Source: Thermoplasmatales archaeon SW_10_69_26 (GTDB lineage: Archaea; Thermoplasmatota; SW-10-69-26). From it: 64,000 nucleotides of DNA. The stretch lies in NCBI GenBank assembly GCA_003009755.1, contig PXUB01000037.1, positions 850 to 64,849 of the forward strand, written 5' to 3'. Made by a program: the position numbers and the translations under genes. Positions 49,508 through 59,131 of the stretch are shown in pieces. The stretch's first letter is position 1. Each line of letters opens with the position of its first letter. The notes under the pieces were generated by a model. The model saw nothing but the letters and a program-made list of their open reading frames with translations. It made no database searches and was not told the origin of the DNA.

Positions 49508-50421
49508 TGGCCGAGATCCTCGACGGCAAGGCCCAAGCCAAGCACGTCCGCGATGCCGTCCGCGAGGCTGTGGACGAGCTCGACACCGAGCACGGGTTCG
49601 GCCCGCGCCTGGACGCGATCCTCGCCGGCGACCGGGAGGCCAGCGAGATCTACGTCACCAAGAAGCAGGAGGACTGCGAGGAGGTCGGCATCGCCAGCCA
49701 CCTGCACCGCTTCCCCGAGGACGTCACCACCGACGAGCTCGTCGACCACATCGAGCAGCTCAACGCCGACGACGTCGACGGGATGATCGTCCAGCTGCCG
49801 CTGCCGGACCCGGTCGACGAGAACCGCGTGCTCGAGACCGTGGACCCGGCCAAGGACGCCGACGGGTTCCACCCCGTCAACCTCGGGCGGTTGCTCATGG
49901 ATCGCTCCCCGTTGACGCCCGCGACCCCGACCGGCATCCTGCACCTGCTGGAGGCCCACGAGGCCGATCTCGAAGGCGCCGACGTCGCGATCGTGGGCCG
50001 CTCGACGATCGTGGGCAAACCGATGGCGCTGTTGTTCCTGCAGCGAGGTGTGGATGCGACGATCGCCGTCACGCACTCCCGCACCGAGGAGCTGGCCGAG
50101 CGAACGGGCAACGCCGACGTGATCGTGGCCGCCGCCGGCGTGCCCGAGCTCGTCACCGCCGACATGGTGAGCGAGGACGCGACGGTGATCGACGTGGGCA
50201 TCAACCGAACCGACGAGGGCGAGCTGGTCGGCGACGTCGCCTACGACGAGGTCGAAGCCAAGGTCGACCGGATCACGCCCGTCCCCGGCGGCGTCGGCCC
50301 GCTGACGCGAGCCTTCCTGCTCGTCAACGTCGTCCGCTGCGCCTGCAAGCGCCGCGGGGTGCCTGTCCCCGATGCGCTGCAGCCCGTGCTGCCGACCGGT
50401 CTCGGTGGCGAGGGCGCCTGA
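49507..50421 (+). CDS. folD: bifunctional methylenetetrahydrofolate dehydrogenase / methenyl-THF cyclohydrolase
   Basis: 304 aa. Matches FolD throughout (ILDGKAQAKHVRD..., YVTKKQEDCEEVGIAS, PTPATPTGIL, VAIVGRSTIVGKPMA, TPVPGGVGPLT). Confidence 0.9.
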   Translation: MAEILDGKAQAKHVRDAVREAVDELDTEHGFGPRLDAILAGDREASEIYVTKKQEDCEEVGIASHLHRFPEDVTTDELVDHIEQLNADDVDGMIVQLPLPDPVDENRVLETVDPAKDADGFHPVNLGRLLMDRSPLTPATPTGILHLLEAHEADLEGADVAIVGRSTIVGKPMALLFLQRGVDATIAVTHSRTEELAERTGNADVIVAAAGVPELVTADMVSEDATVIDVGINRTDEGELVGDVAYDEVEAKVDRITPVPGGVGPLTRAFLLVNVVRCACKRRGVPVPDALQPVLPTGLGGEGA

Positions 50422-50595
50422 CCCCGGCACGGCTCGTCGAACGGATCCAGCCGCGAGCACCACGCCCGCCGAGGGGCAACCGGGCCCTCAGCCGTCCCGA
50501 CCGTCAGCGGCTCAGCTCCTCGGACCTCGTGGAACCGTGCCGGTGGCGGCGGCCGGCTTGGAGCTTGGCGGCCGGACCGCTGTCGAGTTGGCGCC

Positions 50596-51756
50596 TCACT
50601 GGGCGCTGGGCAGCCCGATCTCGTCGGCGATGACGCGGCGCTGGATCTCGCTGGTGCCTTCGCCGATCTCGCACAGCTTGACGTCGCGGTAGTACCGCTG
50701 CACGGGGTAGTCGGTGCTGTACCCGTTGCCGCCGAGGACCTGGATGGCTTCCCGGCAGACGTCCATGGCGGCCTCGCTGGCGAACAGCTTGGCCTGGCTG
50801 GCGGCCTGCTTGTGGTCTTGGCCCCTCTCCTTCTTGTCGGCCGCACGCCACACGAGCATGCGGGCCGCGTCGAGGTTCATGGACATGTCGGCCAGCTTGT
50901 GCTGGATCGCTTGGAAGCCGCCGATGGCTTGGCCGAACTGCTCGCGCTCCTTGGCGTAGGACAGCGCCTCCTCGTAGGCTGCCTGTCCCAGGCCCAGGGC
51001 CATCGCGCCGATCGCGATCCGGCCGGCGTCGAGGGTCTTGAGCGCGCCGATGAAGCCCTCGCCGCGCTTGCCGAGCAGGTTCTCCTCGGGGACGCGGCAT
51101 CCGTCGAACAACAGCTCGCTCGTCTCCGAACCGTGGAGACCCAGCTTGTCCTCGAGCACGCCCGGCTGGAAGCCCTCGAAGTCGGGTTCGACGACGAACG
51201 CCGAGATGCCGCGAACCTTGTCGCCGGGGTCGGTGCGGGCCATGACCGTGATCGTGTCGGCCGAGTGCCCGTTCGTGGCGAACTGCTTGGTGCCGTCGAG
51301 CACCCACTCGTCGCCGTCCTTCTCGGCGGTGGTCTGCAAGCCGGCGGCGTCGGACCCGCTGGTGGGCTCGGTGAGGGCCCAGCAACCGATGTGGTCGCCG
51401 CGGGCCAGCGGCGGGATGTACTCCTCGCGCTGCTCTTGGCTGCCCTCGGAGTTGATATGCGAGGTGCCGAGCCCGTTGTGGGCGGCCAGGGTGAGGCCCA
51501 GCGATCCGCTCGCCTTCGAGACCTCCTCGATCGCGATCGCGTAGGAGACGAAGTCGGCGCCGGCGCCGCCCATCGAGGGGTCGACCGTCATGCCGGTGAG
51601 GCCGAGGTCTGCGCAGCGCTCCCACAGACCGATGTCCTCGTGGAAGACGCCCTTCTCCTCGATCTCCTCGGCTTCCGGTGCGACCTCGTCGTCCGCGAAC
51701 TCGCGGACCATCTTGCGGATCGCTTCCTGGTCGCCGTCCAGCTGGAAGTCCACCAT
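50596..51756 (-). CDS. acyl-CoA dehydrogenase
   Basis: 386 aa. ACAD motifs [16 protein letters not shown] and ...[20 protein letters not shown]..., with a catalytic Glu context near the C-terminus. Confidence 0.9.
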   Translation of the reverse strand: MVDFQLDGDQEAIRKMVREFADDEVAPEAEEIEEKGVFHEDIGLWERCADLGLTGMTVDPSMGGAGADFVSYAIAIEEVSKASGSLGLTLAAHNGLGTSHINSEGSQEQREEYIPPLARGDHIGCWALTEPTSGSDAAGLQTTAEKDGDEWVLDGTKQFATNGHSADTITVMARTDPGDKVRGISAFVVEPDFEGFQPGVLEDKLGLHGSETSELLFDGCRVPEENLLGKRGEGFIGALKTLDAGRIAIGAMALGLGQAAYEEALSYAKEREQFGQAIGGFQAIQHKLADMSMNLDAARMLVWRAADKKERGQDHKQAASQAKLFASEAAMDVCREAIQVLGGNGYSTDYPVQRYYRDVKLCEIGEGTSEIQRRVIADEIGLPSAQ

Positions 51757-51817
51757 CGGTCGTGCAGCGGGTCGACCCTGGTAAAGGCTTCGCGCTGGCC
51801 TCGAGCAGAACCGGCCG

Positions 51818-51823
51818 ATTTAG
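51818..51823 (+). promoter_or_regulatory. TATA-like ATTTAG, 28 nt upstream of the 51848 start
   Basis: ccgatttaggcg sits in the divergent intergenic region between the acd gene and the membrane protein gene. Confidence 0.35.
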
Positions 51824-51847
51824 GCGTCGCTAGCGGGATGGGGTGGC

Positions 51848-52471
51848 GTGTCGGAACACGGCAGCGGTCTCGACGCGGAGCTGTTCACCGACCCGTCCGC
51901 GTTCGTGTCGGCCTTCGGTGGGGAGATCGTGGAGCTGCTCGTCCTGATGGGCGGCATCCTCGCGTACACGTTGATCGTCAACGAGTTCTACCACCGCCTC
52001 GACAAGCGGGTCATGTTCAGCAGGCGGGACGAGCAGGGCAACGTGGAGTCCGGGTTCGCGGGTTGGCTGAGCTACGTCTTGCTCTTCCCGCTCGTCTCGT
52101 TCGCCTTCTTCGTCCTGCTGAGCCTGGCCTTGTTGTTCCTCTCGGAGCAGGGCCAGGATCCCATGGAGATCTACACGCTCTCGATGGCAATCTTGGGCGC
52201 CGTCCGCGTGGCTGCCTACTTCAACGAGGAGGCAAGCCACGACCTCGCCAAGCTGCTCCCGTTGGGCCTGTTGGGCGTCTTCCTCGTCCGCTTCGAGTTC
52301 GTCGGGCTGGTCGCCGCCTTCCGCCAGCTGAGCCAGGCCCTCGAGAACCTCGACGTCCTGCTGGCCTTCTTCGTCGTCGTCCTCGTCCTCGAGTACTCGC
52401 TGCGCTTCCTTCGGGCCATCGTGGTCGCGATCCGCGGCGAGAAGACACCCGAGGACGCCGAGGGCGAGTGA
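51848..52471 (+). CDS. integral membrane protein of unknown function
   Basis: 207 aa, GTG start. About 5 TM helices. Acidic C-terminus. Confidence 0.5.
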   Translation: MSEHGSGLDAELFTDPSAFVSAFGGEIVELLVLMGGILAYTLIVNEFYHRLDKRVMFSRRDEQGNVESGFAGWLSYVLLFPLVSFAFFVLLSLALLFLSEQGQDPMEIYTLSMAILGAVRVAAYFNEEASHDLAKLLPLGLLGVFLVRFEFVGLVAAFRQLSQALENLDVLLAFFVVVLVLEYSLRFLRAIVVAIRGEKTPEDAEGE

Positions 52472-52645
52472 GCCCGCGAGGAGCCGGCGGGCTGGGGTGC
52501 CAGCAGCGAGGCCGTCGAACCCGGGGATCCCTGCATGCGAGGGTTGCGCCAAGCGAGGCTTGGCCGTACGCGGCCGACGTGCAACGGCATCCCATCGGAC
52601 AATCATTTATGGGGTGACTTTCATCGCGGGCTGCCTGGCGATCCG

Positions 52646-52813
52646 ATGCAGCACATTGACACCTGCTCGTCCTGCGGCGTCCGACTGCTCGACCGAGGTA
52701 GCGCGGAGTTCCCGTGCCCCAGTTGCGGTGAACAACACCTCGGCCGATGCCCCCAGTGCCGGGATCAGGGCGTCGGGTACGAGTGCTCAGCGTGCGGTTT
52801 CGCGGGCCCTTGA
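52646..52813 (+). CDS. small zinc-ribbon protein of the kind encoded upstream of aEF-1beta in archaea (COG2888-like)
   Basis: 55 aa from ATG at 52646 (MQHIDTCSSCGVRLLDRGSAEFPCPSCGEQHLGRCPQCRDQGVGYECSACGFAGP), four CxxC pairs. 12 nt upstream of ef1b. Confidence 0.6.
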   Translation: MQHIDTCSSCGVRLLDRGSAEFPCPSCGEQHLGRCPQCRDQGVGYECSACGFAGP

Positions 52814-52824
52814 GGTGAGCCACG

Positions 52825-53094
52825 ATGGGTGATCTCGTCGCCGTGTTCAAGGTCATGCCCGCGTCCCCCGAGACGGATCTGGACGCGATCGAAGACTCGG
52901 TCCGCTCGCTCGTCCCCGCCGACGTCGAGCTCGAACAGACGGAAACCGAAGCCGTCGCGTTCGGCCTCGAGGCGCTGATGACCACCGTCAGCATGCCGGA
53001 CAGCGACGAGATCAGCGCCGACGACATGGAACAGGACTTCGCCAAGATCGACGGCGTCGAGTCCGTCGAGTGCACCGACGTCGGCCGGCTTTGA
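52825..53094 (+). CDS. ef1b: translation elongation factor aEF-1 beta
   Basis: 89 aa. MGDLVAVFKVMPASPETDLDAIEDSVRSLVP...FGLEALMTTVSMPD...DGVESVECTDVGRL matches aEF-1beta end to end. Confidence 0.85.
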   Translation: MGDLVAVFKVMPASPETDLDAIEDSVRSLVPADVELEQTETEAVAFGLEALMTTVSMPDSDEISADDMEQDFAKIDGVESVECTDVGRL

Positions 53095-53227
53095 CGGGAT
53101 TCTCAGCAACGTTCGCGGCTCCCCCAGCGATGGCTACCGACACCAAGCACGTGCTACCCTCGGCGTCGTTCTCGGCTTCGACACGCTTTTAGGGTAGGGT
53201 TGTCGTCTCCCCGCCGGGTTGAAACGA

Positions 53228-54634
53228 ATGTTGCAGGGGAAGGGTTCGTTCGCGATCATCGCAGGTCTCTTGATGCTCACTGCCGGTCTCGCCGGCTGCG
53301 CTCAGCAGCCCGCCGACGGTGAGGCGTCGACGACAAGCGCCTGCCTCGAGGATGGAGAGGGTAGCATGGAAGACACGGGAGACGGGGAGGCAGACTCCAT
53401 CGAGACGGAGGCCTCCACCCCGATCGAACAACGGCTGAGCCCGATGCCCTCGGCTCAACAGGGCGAGAGCGAGCCGATCACGATCGGTACGTTGCTCCCG
53501 CTCACCGGCGAGCTCAAGCAGTTCGGTCCCGACATGCAGCGCGCCGTCGAGCTGGCCGCCGAGGACATCAACAACGCGGGCATCCTGTCGCAGGAGATCG
53601 AGATCGCGCAGGGTGACTCGCAGACGGACGACGCGCAGGCGCCCCAGGAGCTGAACCGGCTCATCAACCAGGAGGACATCGTCGGGTTCGTCGGCGCGGC
53701 GTCCAGCGGGGTCAGCGGCAGCGTGATCGAGCAGGCCGTCAGCAACGAGATCGCGATGGTCACGCCCGCCTCCACGTCGCCGGCCCTCACCGAGCGCCAG
53801 AACGACGGGTTCTTCTTCCGCGTCGTGCCCAACGACATGATGCAAGGCCAGGTCATGGCGCAGACCCTGGAGGAGGACGGCGTCGAGAGCGTCTCGACCC
53901 TGTACGTGAACAACGACTACGGCCAGGGCTTCAACGACGTGCTCGTCGACGAGTTCAACGGCTCGGTCGTGAACGAGGTCGGGTTCGACAACGACGAGAC
54001 GCAGTTCTCCAGCCAGGTAACCCAGGTCTCCAGTGACGATCCCGACGCGACCGTCGTCGTGGCCTATCCCGGCAACGCCGTCCCGATCATGGACGAGGCG
54101 TTCAGCCAAGGCGTCACCTCCGAGCAGAAGTTCTACTTCAGCGAGGGCGTCTTCTCCGAGGACTTCCTCGGCGAGGTCGGCGAGGACGAGGAAGGCAACC
54201 ACGTGATCGCCGGCTGCATGGGGACCACCCCGCAGATCCTGCTGGACCCCGGCCCCCAGTCCTTCCAGGAGCGGTTCAACGAGACCTACGACCACCGACC
54301 GGGCCTCTTCGCGGCGCAAAGCTACGACGCGACGGTCGCGATGGCGCTCGGCATCGCCTACTCCGACAGCGCCGATCCCAGCGAGTTCAAGCAAGGCATG
54401 CGCGAGGTCTGGAACGCACCCGGGCAGGAGACCTCGAACGTGACCGAGGCCCTCACGCTGGCCGAGACCGGACAGGACATCGACTGGGAGGGCCCCTCCG
54501 GTGCCTTCGATTGGAACGAGGACAACGAACCGATCCGCGGCCTGTACGGGGTCTGGAAAGTCACCGAGGACGGCGGCTTCGAGATCGTGCGCGACAACAT
54601 CGAAGCCTCGATGGACGGCGGCAGCGGCAACTGA
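53228..54634 (+). CDS. branched-chain amino-acid ABC transporter substrate-binding lipoprotein (LivJ-like)
   Basis: Lipobox LTAGLAGC. Acidic linker. Type-I periplasmic binding fold signatures (ITIGTLLPLTGELKQFG, GFVGAASSGVSGSV). Confidence 0.8.
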   Translation: MLQGKGSFAIIAGLLMLTAGLAGCAQQPADGEASTTSACLEDGEGSMEDTGDGEADSIETEASTPIEQRLSPMPSAQQGESEPITIGTLLPLTGELKQFGPDMQRAVELAAEDINNAGILSQEIEIAQGDSQTDDAQAPQELNRLINQEDIVGFVGAASSGVSGSVIEQAVSNEIAMVTPASTSPALTERQNDGFFFRVVPNDMMQGQVMAQTLEEDGVESVSTLYVNNDYGQGFNDVLVDEFNGSVVNEVGFDNDETQFSSQVTQVSSDDPDATVVVAYPGNAVPIMDEAFSQGVTSEQKFYFSEGVFSEDFLGEVGEDEEGNHVIAGCMGTTPQILLDPGPQSFQERFNETYDHRPGLFAAQSYDATVAMALGIAYSDSADPSEFKQGMREVWNAPGQETSNVTEALTLAETGQDIDWEGPSGAFDWNEDNEPIRGLYGVWKVTEDGGFEIVRDNIEASMDGGSGN

Positions 54635-54649
54635 CGAGACCGGCTCGTC

Positions 54650-54700
54650 CGCCGGCCCTCTCTTTTCTCTTCTCTTCTCGCTCGACGGCCAGCCGCGGGT
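54650..54700 (+). terminator. pyrimidine-rich tract between convergent livJ and livF (oligo-T type terminator candidate)
   Basis: ccctctcttttctcttctcttctcgctcg shares the TCTCTTCTCG motif with the tract at 1243-1280. Confidence 0.3.
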
Positions 54701-54703
54701 GCT

Positions 54704-55447
54704 TCATCCGCCCAGGTACAGGCGGCCGATCTCGGGGTCGTCGAGGATCTTGGGACCGGGGCCTTCGTAGCGCTCGGCTCCCTCGTCGAGCACGTAGGCC
54801 CAGTCGGCGATCTGCAGCGCCTGGCGGGCGTTTTGCTCGACCAGCATCACGCTCGTCCCCGCCTGGCGAACCCGGTCGACGTGGCCCAACACCTGGTCGA
54901 CGAGGCTCGGTTGCAGACCCGCCGAGGGCTCGTCGAGCAACAGGACGTCCGGGTCCGTCATGAGCGCGCGCCCGAAGGCCAGCATCTGGCGCTGCCCGCC
55001 GGACAGCGAGCTGGCCTTGGCCCCGCGTTTGCCCTCCAGCGCTGGGAAGATCTCCTCGACGTGATCACGGCGTTCCTCGAAGCGGTCGGGGTTGATGTAG
55101 GCCCCCATCTCGAGGTTCTCCCTCACGGTCAACCGTGGGAACACGTTCTCGGTCTGCGGGACGTAGGCCATCCCGGCCAGCACCCGGTCGCGGGGCGACA
55201 GGGCCGTGATGTCCTGCTGGTTGAGCTCGATCGTGCCCTCCCAGGCGTCGATGAGGCCGAAGATCGCCTTCAACAGCGTGCTCTTGCCGGCGCCGTTGGG
55301 GCCGATGACGACGACGAGCTCGCCCTCCCCCAGGTCCACCGAGGCGCCGGTGCAGATCTCGGCGTCGGTGTAGCCGGAGACGACGTCCACGGTCGACAAG
55401 ACCGGGCGCGGGCGCTCGTCGGGGTCCCCGGCGACGACCTCGCTCAC
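54704..55447 (-). CDS. branched-chain amino-acid ABC transporter ATP-binding protein (LivF-like)
   Basis: 247 aa. Walker A GPNGAGKST. Signature LSGGQRQMLA. Walker B LLLDEPSAGL. Confidence 0.85.
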   Translation of the reverse strand: MSEVVAGDPDERPRPVLSTVDVVSGYTDAEICTGASVDLGEGELVVVIGPNGAGKSTLLKAIFGLIDAWEGTIELNQQDITALSPRDRVLAGMAYVPQTENVFPRLTVRENLEMGAYINPDRFEERRDHVEEIFPALEGKRGAKASSLSGGQRQMLAFGRALMTDPDVLLLDEPSAGLQPSLVDQVLGHVDRVRQAGTSVMLVEQNARQALQIADWAYVLDEGAERYEGPGPKILDDPEIGRLYLGG

Positions 55448-56247
55448 GCCGAGGCGTCACCTCCTCGCTCGGTGGGAGCTTGGCCGCCGCCGAGGTAGGC
55501 CTCGAGCACGCGGGGATCCTCGAGCACCTCGGAGGGCGGGCCGTCGACGAGCACCTGGCCTTGCACCATGACGATGGCGCGCGGGCAGTGCGCTAACACG
55601 AAGTCCATGTCGTGCTCGACGACGCACAGCGTCATCCCGCGCTCGTGCAGTTCCTTGAGCCGGTCGATGATCTGCTCGCCCAGCGTCGGGTTGACGCCGG
55701 CCATCGGCTCGTCGAGCAGCAGGACCTCGGGGTCCAGCATGAGCGCGCGCCCGATCTCCAACAGCTTGCGCTGCCCGCCGGAGAGGTGCCCGGCCAGGGT
55801 GTCGTGTTTGTCGTCGAGACCGACGAAATCGAGGATCTCGTGGGCCTTCTCCTGCAGCTCGATCTCCCGGTTGCGGCTGCGAGGGGTGATGAAGAGGCCG
55901 TGGACGAACCCTTCGCCGGGGTGGTCGGGGCCGGCGACCATCGTGTTCTCGCGCACGGTCAGGCGGCGGAACGGGCGCGGGATCTGGAAGGTGCGGACCA
56001 GGCCGGCGCGGGCACGCTTGTTGGCCGACCAGGCCGTGACGTCGTCCTCGCGGTACATCACCGTGCCGCTGGTGGGGTCCAGCGATCCGGCCAGCAGGTT
56101 GAACATCGTCGTCTTGCCGGCCCCGTTGGGGCCGATCAGGCCGACGAACTCGCCCGCATCGAGCTCGAAGCTGGCGCCGTCGACGGCGTTGACGCCGCCG
56201 AAGTCCTTGTGCAGATCGCGGGCCTCGAGGACGGTGTCAGTCGACAA
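55444..56247 (-). CDS. branched-chain amino-acid ABC transporter ATP-binding protein (LivG-like)
   Basis: 267 aa. Walker A GPNGAGKTT. Signature LSGGQRKLLEI. Walker B LLLDEPMAGV. Start overlaps the livM stop. Confidence 0.85.
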   Translation of the reverse strand: MSTDTVLEARDLHKDFGGVNAVDGASFELDAGEFVGLIGPNGAGKTTMFNLLAGSLDPTSGTVMYREDDVTAWSANKRARAGLVRTFQIPRPFRRLTVRENTMVAGPDHPGEGFVHGLFITPRSRNREIELQEKAHEILDFVGLDDKHDTLAGHLSGGQRKLLEIGRALMLDPEVLLLDEPMAGVNPTLGEQIIDRLKELHERGMTLCVVEHDMDFVLAHCPRAIVMVQGQVLVDGPPSEVLEDPRVLEAYLGGGQAPTERGGDASA

Positions 56248-57646
56248 GCTCGAGCTCCTCCTTGTCGCCGAACAGCCCCTCCGGTTTGACCAGCATGAAC
56301 GCCACGAACATCAAGCCCAACACCATCGGCGAGATCGCGGCGATCTGGCTGCCGTCGAGGCCGTAGGTCGTCAGGAACCCCAGGCCTCGGGTCAGCGACC
56401 AGATCGTCCAGAAGAGGAACGCGCCCGCGATGGCGCCCTTGTTGTTGGCGACGCCGCCGATGACGATCATCATCCACGCCCAGAACGTTCGCAACGGTTC
56501 GAAGTGGCCGGGGACGACGAACGTCAGCTGCCAGGCCCACAACGCGCCGGCGGCAGCCGCCACGGCCGACCCGAGCGCGAACACCTGCAGCTTGTAGACC
56601 GTCGGGTTGACGCCGAGCGCGCGCACCGCGTCCTCGTCCTCCCGGATCGCCTCGACGACGCGGCCCCACGGGCTCTCGACCAGGCGCTCGACCAACACCA
56701 ACAGGACAGCCGTGATGGCGAGCGCGATGAAGAACAGCACCATCAGGTACGGTGAGCCGGTGAAATCGAGGAACGCGGCGAAGCTCTCGAGCCCGCTCAC
56801 GAGCTGACCGCCGAGGAGTGGGATCGTCTCCACCGCCTCGAGCACAGCCGGGCGCCGGCTGCTGTTCAGCGTGACGCCGTGGGCGCCGTGCGTGAGCTCT
56901 CCCTCGTTGAGCAGGACCCGGCGCAGGATCTCGGCGGCGGCGATCGTGACGATGGCCAGGTAGTCCTCGCGCAGACGGATCGCCGGCAACGCCAACAACA
57001 GGCCAGCGACGGCGGCCACGGCCATCGCGGCGAAGAAAGCCACGAACACGCCGAGCTGGGTGGCCCAGAAGCCGCCGAGCTCGGCCAGGAGCACGATCGT
57101 GTAGGCCCCCAGCGCCATGAACGCGACGTGGCCGAAGTTGATCAGGCCGCCGAACCCGTACTCGAGGTTCAGGCCGACGGCGAACACGGCGAACGTGAAC
57201 ACGGTGATGAGCGTGAACGCCAGCGACTGCCAGGGGATCTCGCCGGCCCAGTTGTTCCCGCCCAACAGCACGAGCGTGCCCAGCACGAGCGCGCCCAGCC
57301 GGATCCAGTTGTTCGCCTCGTAGTGATCCTCCAACCGCCAGCCGCCGACGAAGATCCCGACGGCGAGCGCGAAGATGACGGCGCCGGCCAGCCCGGTCTC
57401 GGCGATCCAGGCGTACAGGAACCCGGCGTCGAGGGCGAGCACGGCCAGCCACACCCACCGCACGCGGCCCGGGTCCTCGCGGGCCTCGAGCTGGGAGACC
57501 ACGAGCGTCACGATCGCCAGCCCGGCCAACGCGAGCGTGCCGGTGGAGACGCCCACCCAGGTGAGCAGCGCCAGCAGAGCGAAGGCCAGCAGGACGCCGG
57601 AGACGAGCAAGCGGTCCTGATCCTCGACGGCCTCGTGCCAGGTCAC
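56237..57646 (-). CDS. branched-chain amino-acid ABC transporter permease (LivM-like)
   Basis: About 470 aa from GTG at 57646 (VTWHEAVEDQ...), which overlaps the livH stop (GTGA). Many TM helices. Conserved ...GLINFGHVAFMALGAY.... Confidence 0.75.
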   Translation of the reverse strand: MTWHEAVEDQDRLLVSGVLLAFALLALLTWVGVSTGTLALAGLAIVTLVVSQLEAREDPGRVRWVWLAVLALDAGFLYAWIAETGLAGAVIFALAVGIFVGGWRLEDHYEANNWIRLGALVLGTLVLLGGNNWAGEIPWQSLAFTLITVFTFAVFAVGLNLEYGFGGLINFGHVAFMALGAYTIVLLAELGGFWATQLGVFVAFFAAMAVAAVAGLLLALPAIRLREDYLAIVTIAAAEILRRVLLNEGELTHGAHGVTLNSSRRPAVLEAVETIPLLGGQLVSGLESFAAFLDFTGSPYLMVLFFIALAITAVLLVLVERLVESPWGRVVEAIREDEDAVRALGVNPTVYKLQVFALGSAVAAAAGALWAWQLTFVVPGHFEPLRTFWAWMMIVIGGVANNKGAIAGAFLFWTIWSLTRGLGFLTTYGLDGSQIAAISPMVLGLMFVAFMLVKPEGLFGDKEELELVD

Positions 57647-59079
57647 GTCCGCTCGACCCCCATGATGCCCTGCGGACGGATGATCAAGGTGACGATCAAG
57701 ATCAAGAACCCGGTCGCGACGCTGTAGCTGGTGTCGAGGCCGGCGACGCTCAACCAGTGCACGGAGAGGGCCTCGGCCATGCCGATCACGATGCCGCCCA
57801 GCAAGGCGCCGGGTACCGACCCGACGCCGCCCAAGATCACGACGGCGAACAGCGGCAACAGGGCTCGCCATCCCAGGTTGTTGTGCAAGGAGGTCTCCAT
57901 CGCCAACAGCGCGCCCGCCAGGCCGGCCAGGGCGCCGCCCAGCAGCCAGACGTACACGATGACGCGGTCGGTGTCGATGCCGGCCACGCGGGCCAGGTCG
58001 ACGTCGTCGGCGAGCGCGCGCATCGCCTTGCCGACGCGGGTGCCCTGCAGGACCCACGTCGTGGCGGCGATCGCGGCCGTGGACGTGCCCGCGATCCAGA
58101 CGTCCATGTCGGTGACCCGGATATCCCCGAGCCCGAGGATCGACAGCCAGTAGCGCACCGTCCAGTTCTGGCTGGAGGCGCCGCGGAAGAACACGTGCAC
58201 CTTCTCGCCGAAGAGCAGCTGCAACGTGCTGCGGAGGGCGAAGGCGACGCCGATGCTGACGATCATCAACGTCAGCAGGTTGGCATCGCGGTCGCGCATC
58301 TTCGTCCACAGCACCCGGTCGAGCAGCACCGACAACAGGGCCACGGTGGCGGCGGCGATCACGAGCGAGGCGACGATCTCGGCCCACAGCGCCTCCACGG
58401 CGTAGTTGGCGCCCACGGCCGCCGCGACGACCAGGCTCATGGCGGCCACCGCCCACCGGTCGGCGTCCTGCATCGGGTCGCTTCGCAGACGGTCCCAGGC
58501 GGCCAAGCCGAACGCGAGCACGCCGACAGCCACCCATCGACCGGCCGGCACGAGGAACCAGCTGGCGAACGCCACCGCCGCCGCGCCGACGAGCAGAGCT
58601 CGAGACCGCGAGCCTGCGAGGTGGGAGGACATCCAGTCCCAGGCCAGGAAGCTGACGAGGGGCAACAGGAGGATCAGACCCATGTCCCAGGCCGCGATCC
58701 CGAACGCCGGCGTCGCGACGAGCCAGGCGAAGTACCCGCCCGTCGTCAGGAAGTCCCCGTGCGCGAAGTTCACCAGGTTCAGGATCCCGTACACCAGGGA
58801 CAACCCGACGGCGCCGATCGCGAAGATGCCCGAGCGCACCACGCCGTTGAGGAACATCTGCTCGGGCGGGGTCTCGAACACGAGCAGGACCGCGAAGCCG
58901 GCCACGAGCGGGCCGAGGATGGAGATCTCGCCGCCAGCCTCCCAGTGCCGGTCGGCCCACCAACAGGCGCCCACGATCGCGAGGGTGAGGCCCCAAGCGA
59001 TCCAGGAGAACGACGTGGTGAACGCCAGCACCGTGGCTAGGCTGGCCAAGACGAGCCCCCACACGTCCCGCTCGCGCAT
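57643..59079 (-). CDS. branched-chain amino-acid ABC transporter permease (LivH-like) with N-terminal extension
   Basis: 478 aa. Conserved LivH motifs ...GLSLVYGILNLVNFAHGDF... and a C-terminal ...IIRPQG.... The extra ~150 N-terminal residues are also membrane-embedded. Confidence 0.7.
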   Translation of the reverse strand: MRERDVWGLVLASLATVLAFTTSFSWIAWGLTLAIVGACWWADRHWEAGGEISILGPLVAGFAVLLVFETPPEQMFLNGVVRSGIFAIGAVGLSLVYGILNLVNFAHGDFLTTGGYFAWLVATPAFGIAAWDMGLILLLPLVSFLAWDWMSSHLAGSRSRALLVGAAAVAFASWFLVPAGRWVAVGVLAFGLAAWDRLRSDPMQDADRWAVAAMSLVVAAAVGANYAVEALWAEIVASLVIAAATVALLSVLLDRVLWTKMRDRDANLLTLMIVSIGVAFALRSTLQLLFGEKVHVFFRGASSQNWTVRYWLSILGLGDIRVTDMDVWIAGTSTAAIAATTWVLQGTRVGKAMRALADDVDLARVAGIDTDRVIVYVWLLGGALAGLAGALLAMETSLHNNLGWRALLPLFAVVILGGVGSVPGALLGGIVIGMAEALSVHWLSVAGLDTSYSVATGFLILIVTLIIRPQGIMGVERT

Positions 59080-59131
59080 CGGCCACGCCAGCGGGGGCCA
59101 GCCTATTTAGTCCACGGTCCGTGGTCGGCGC

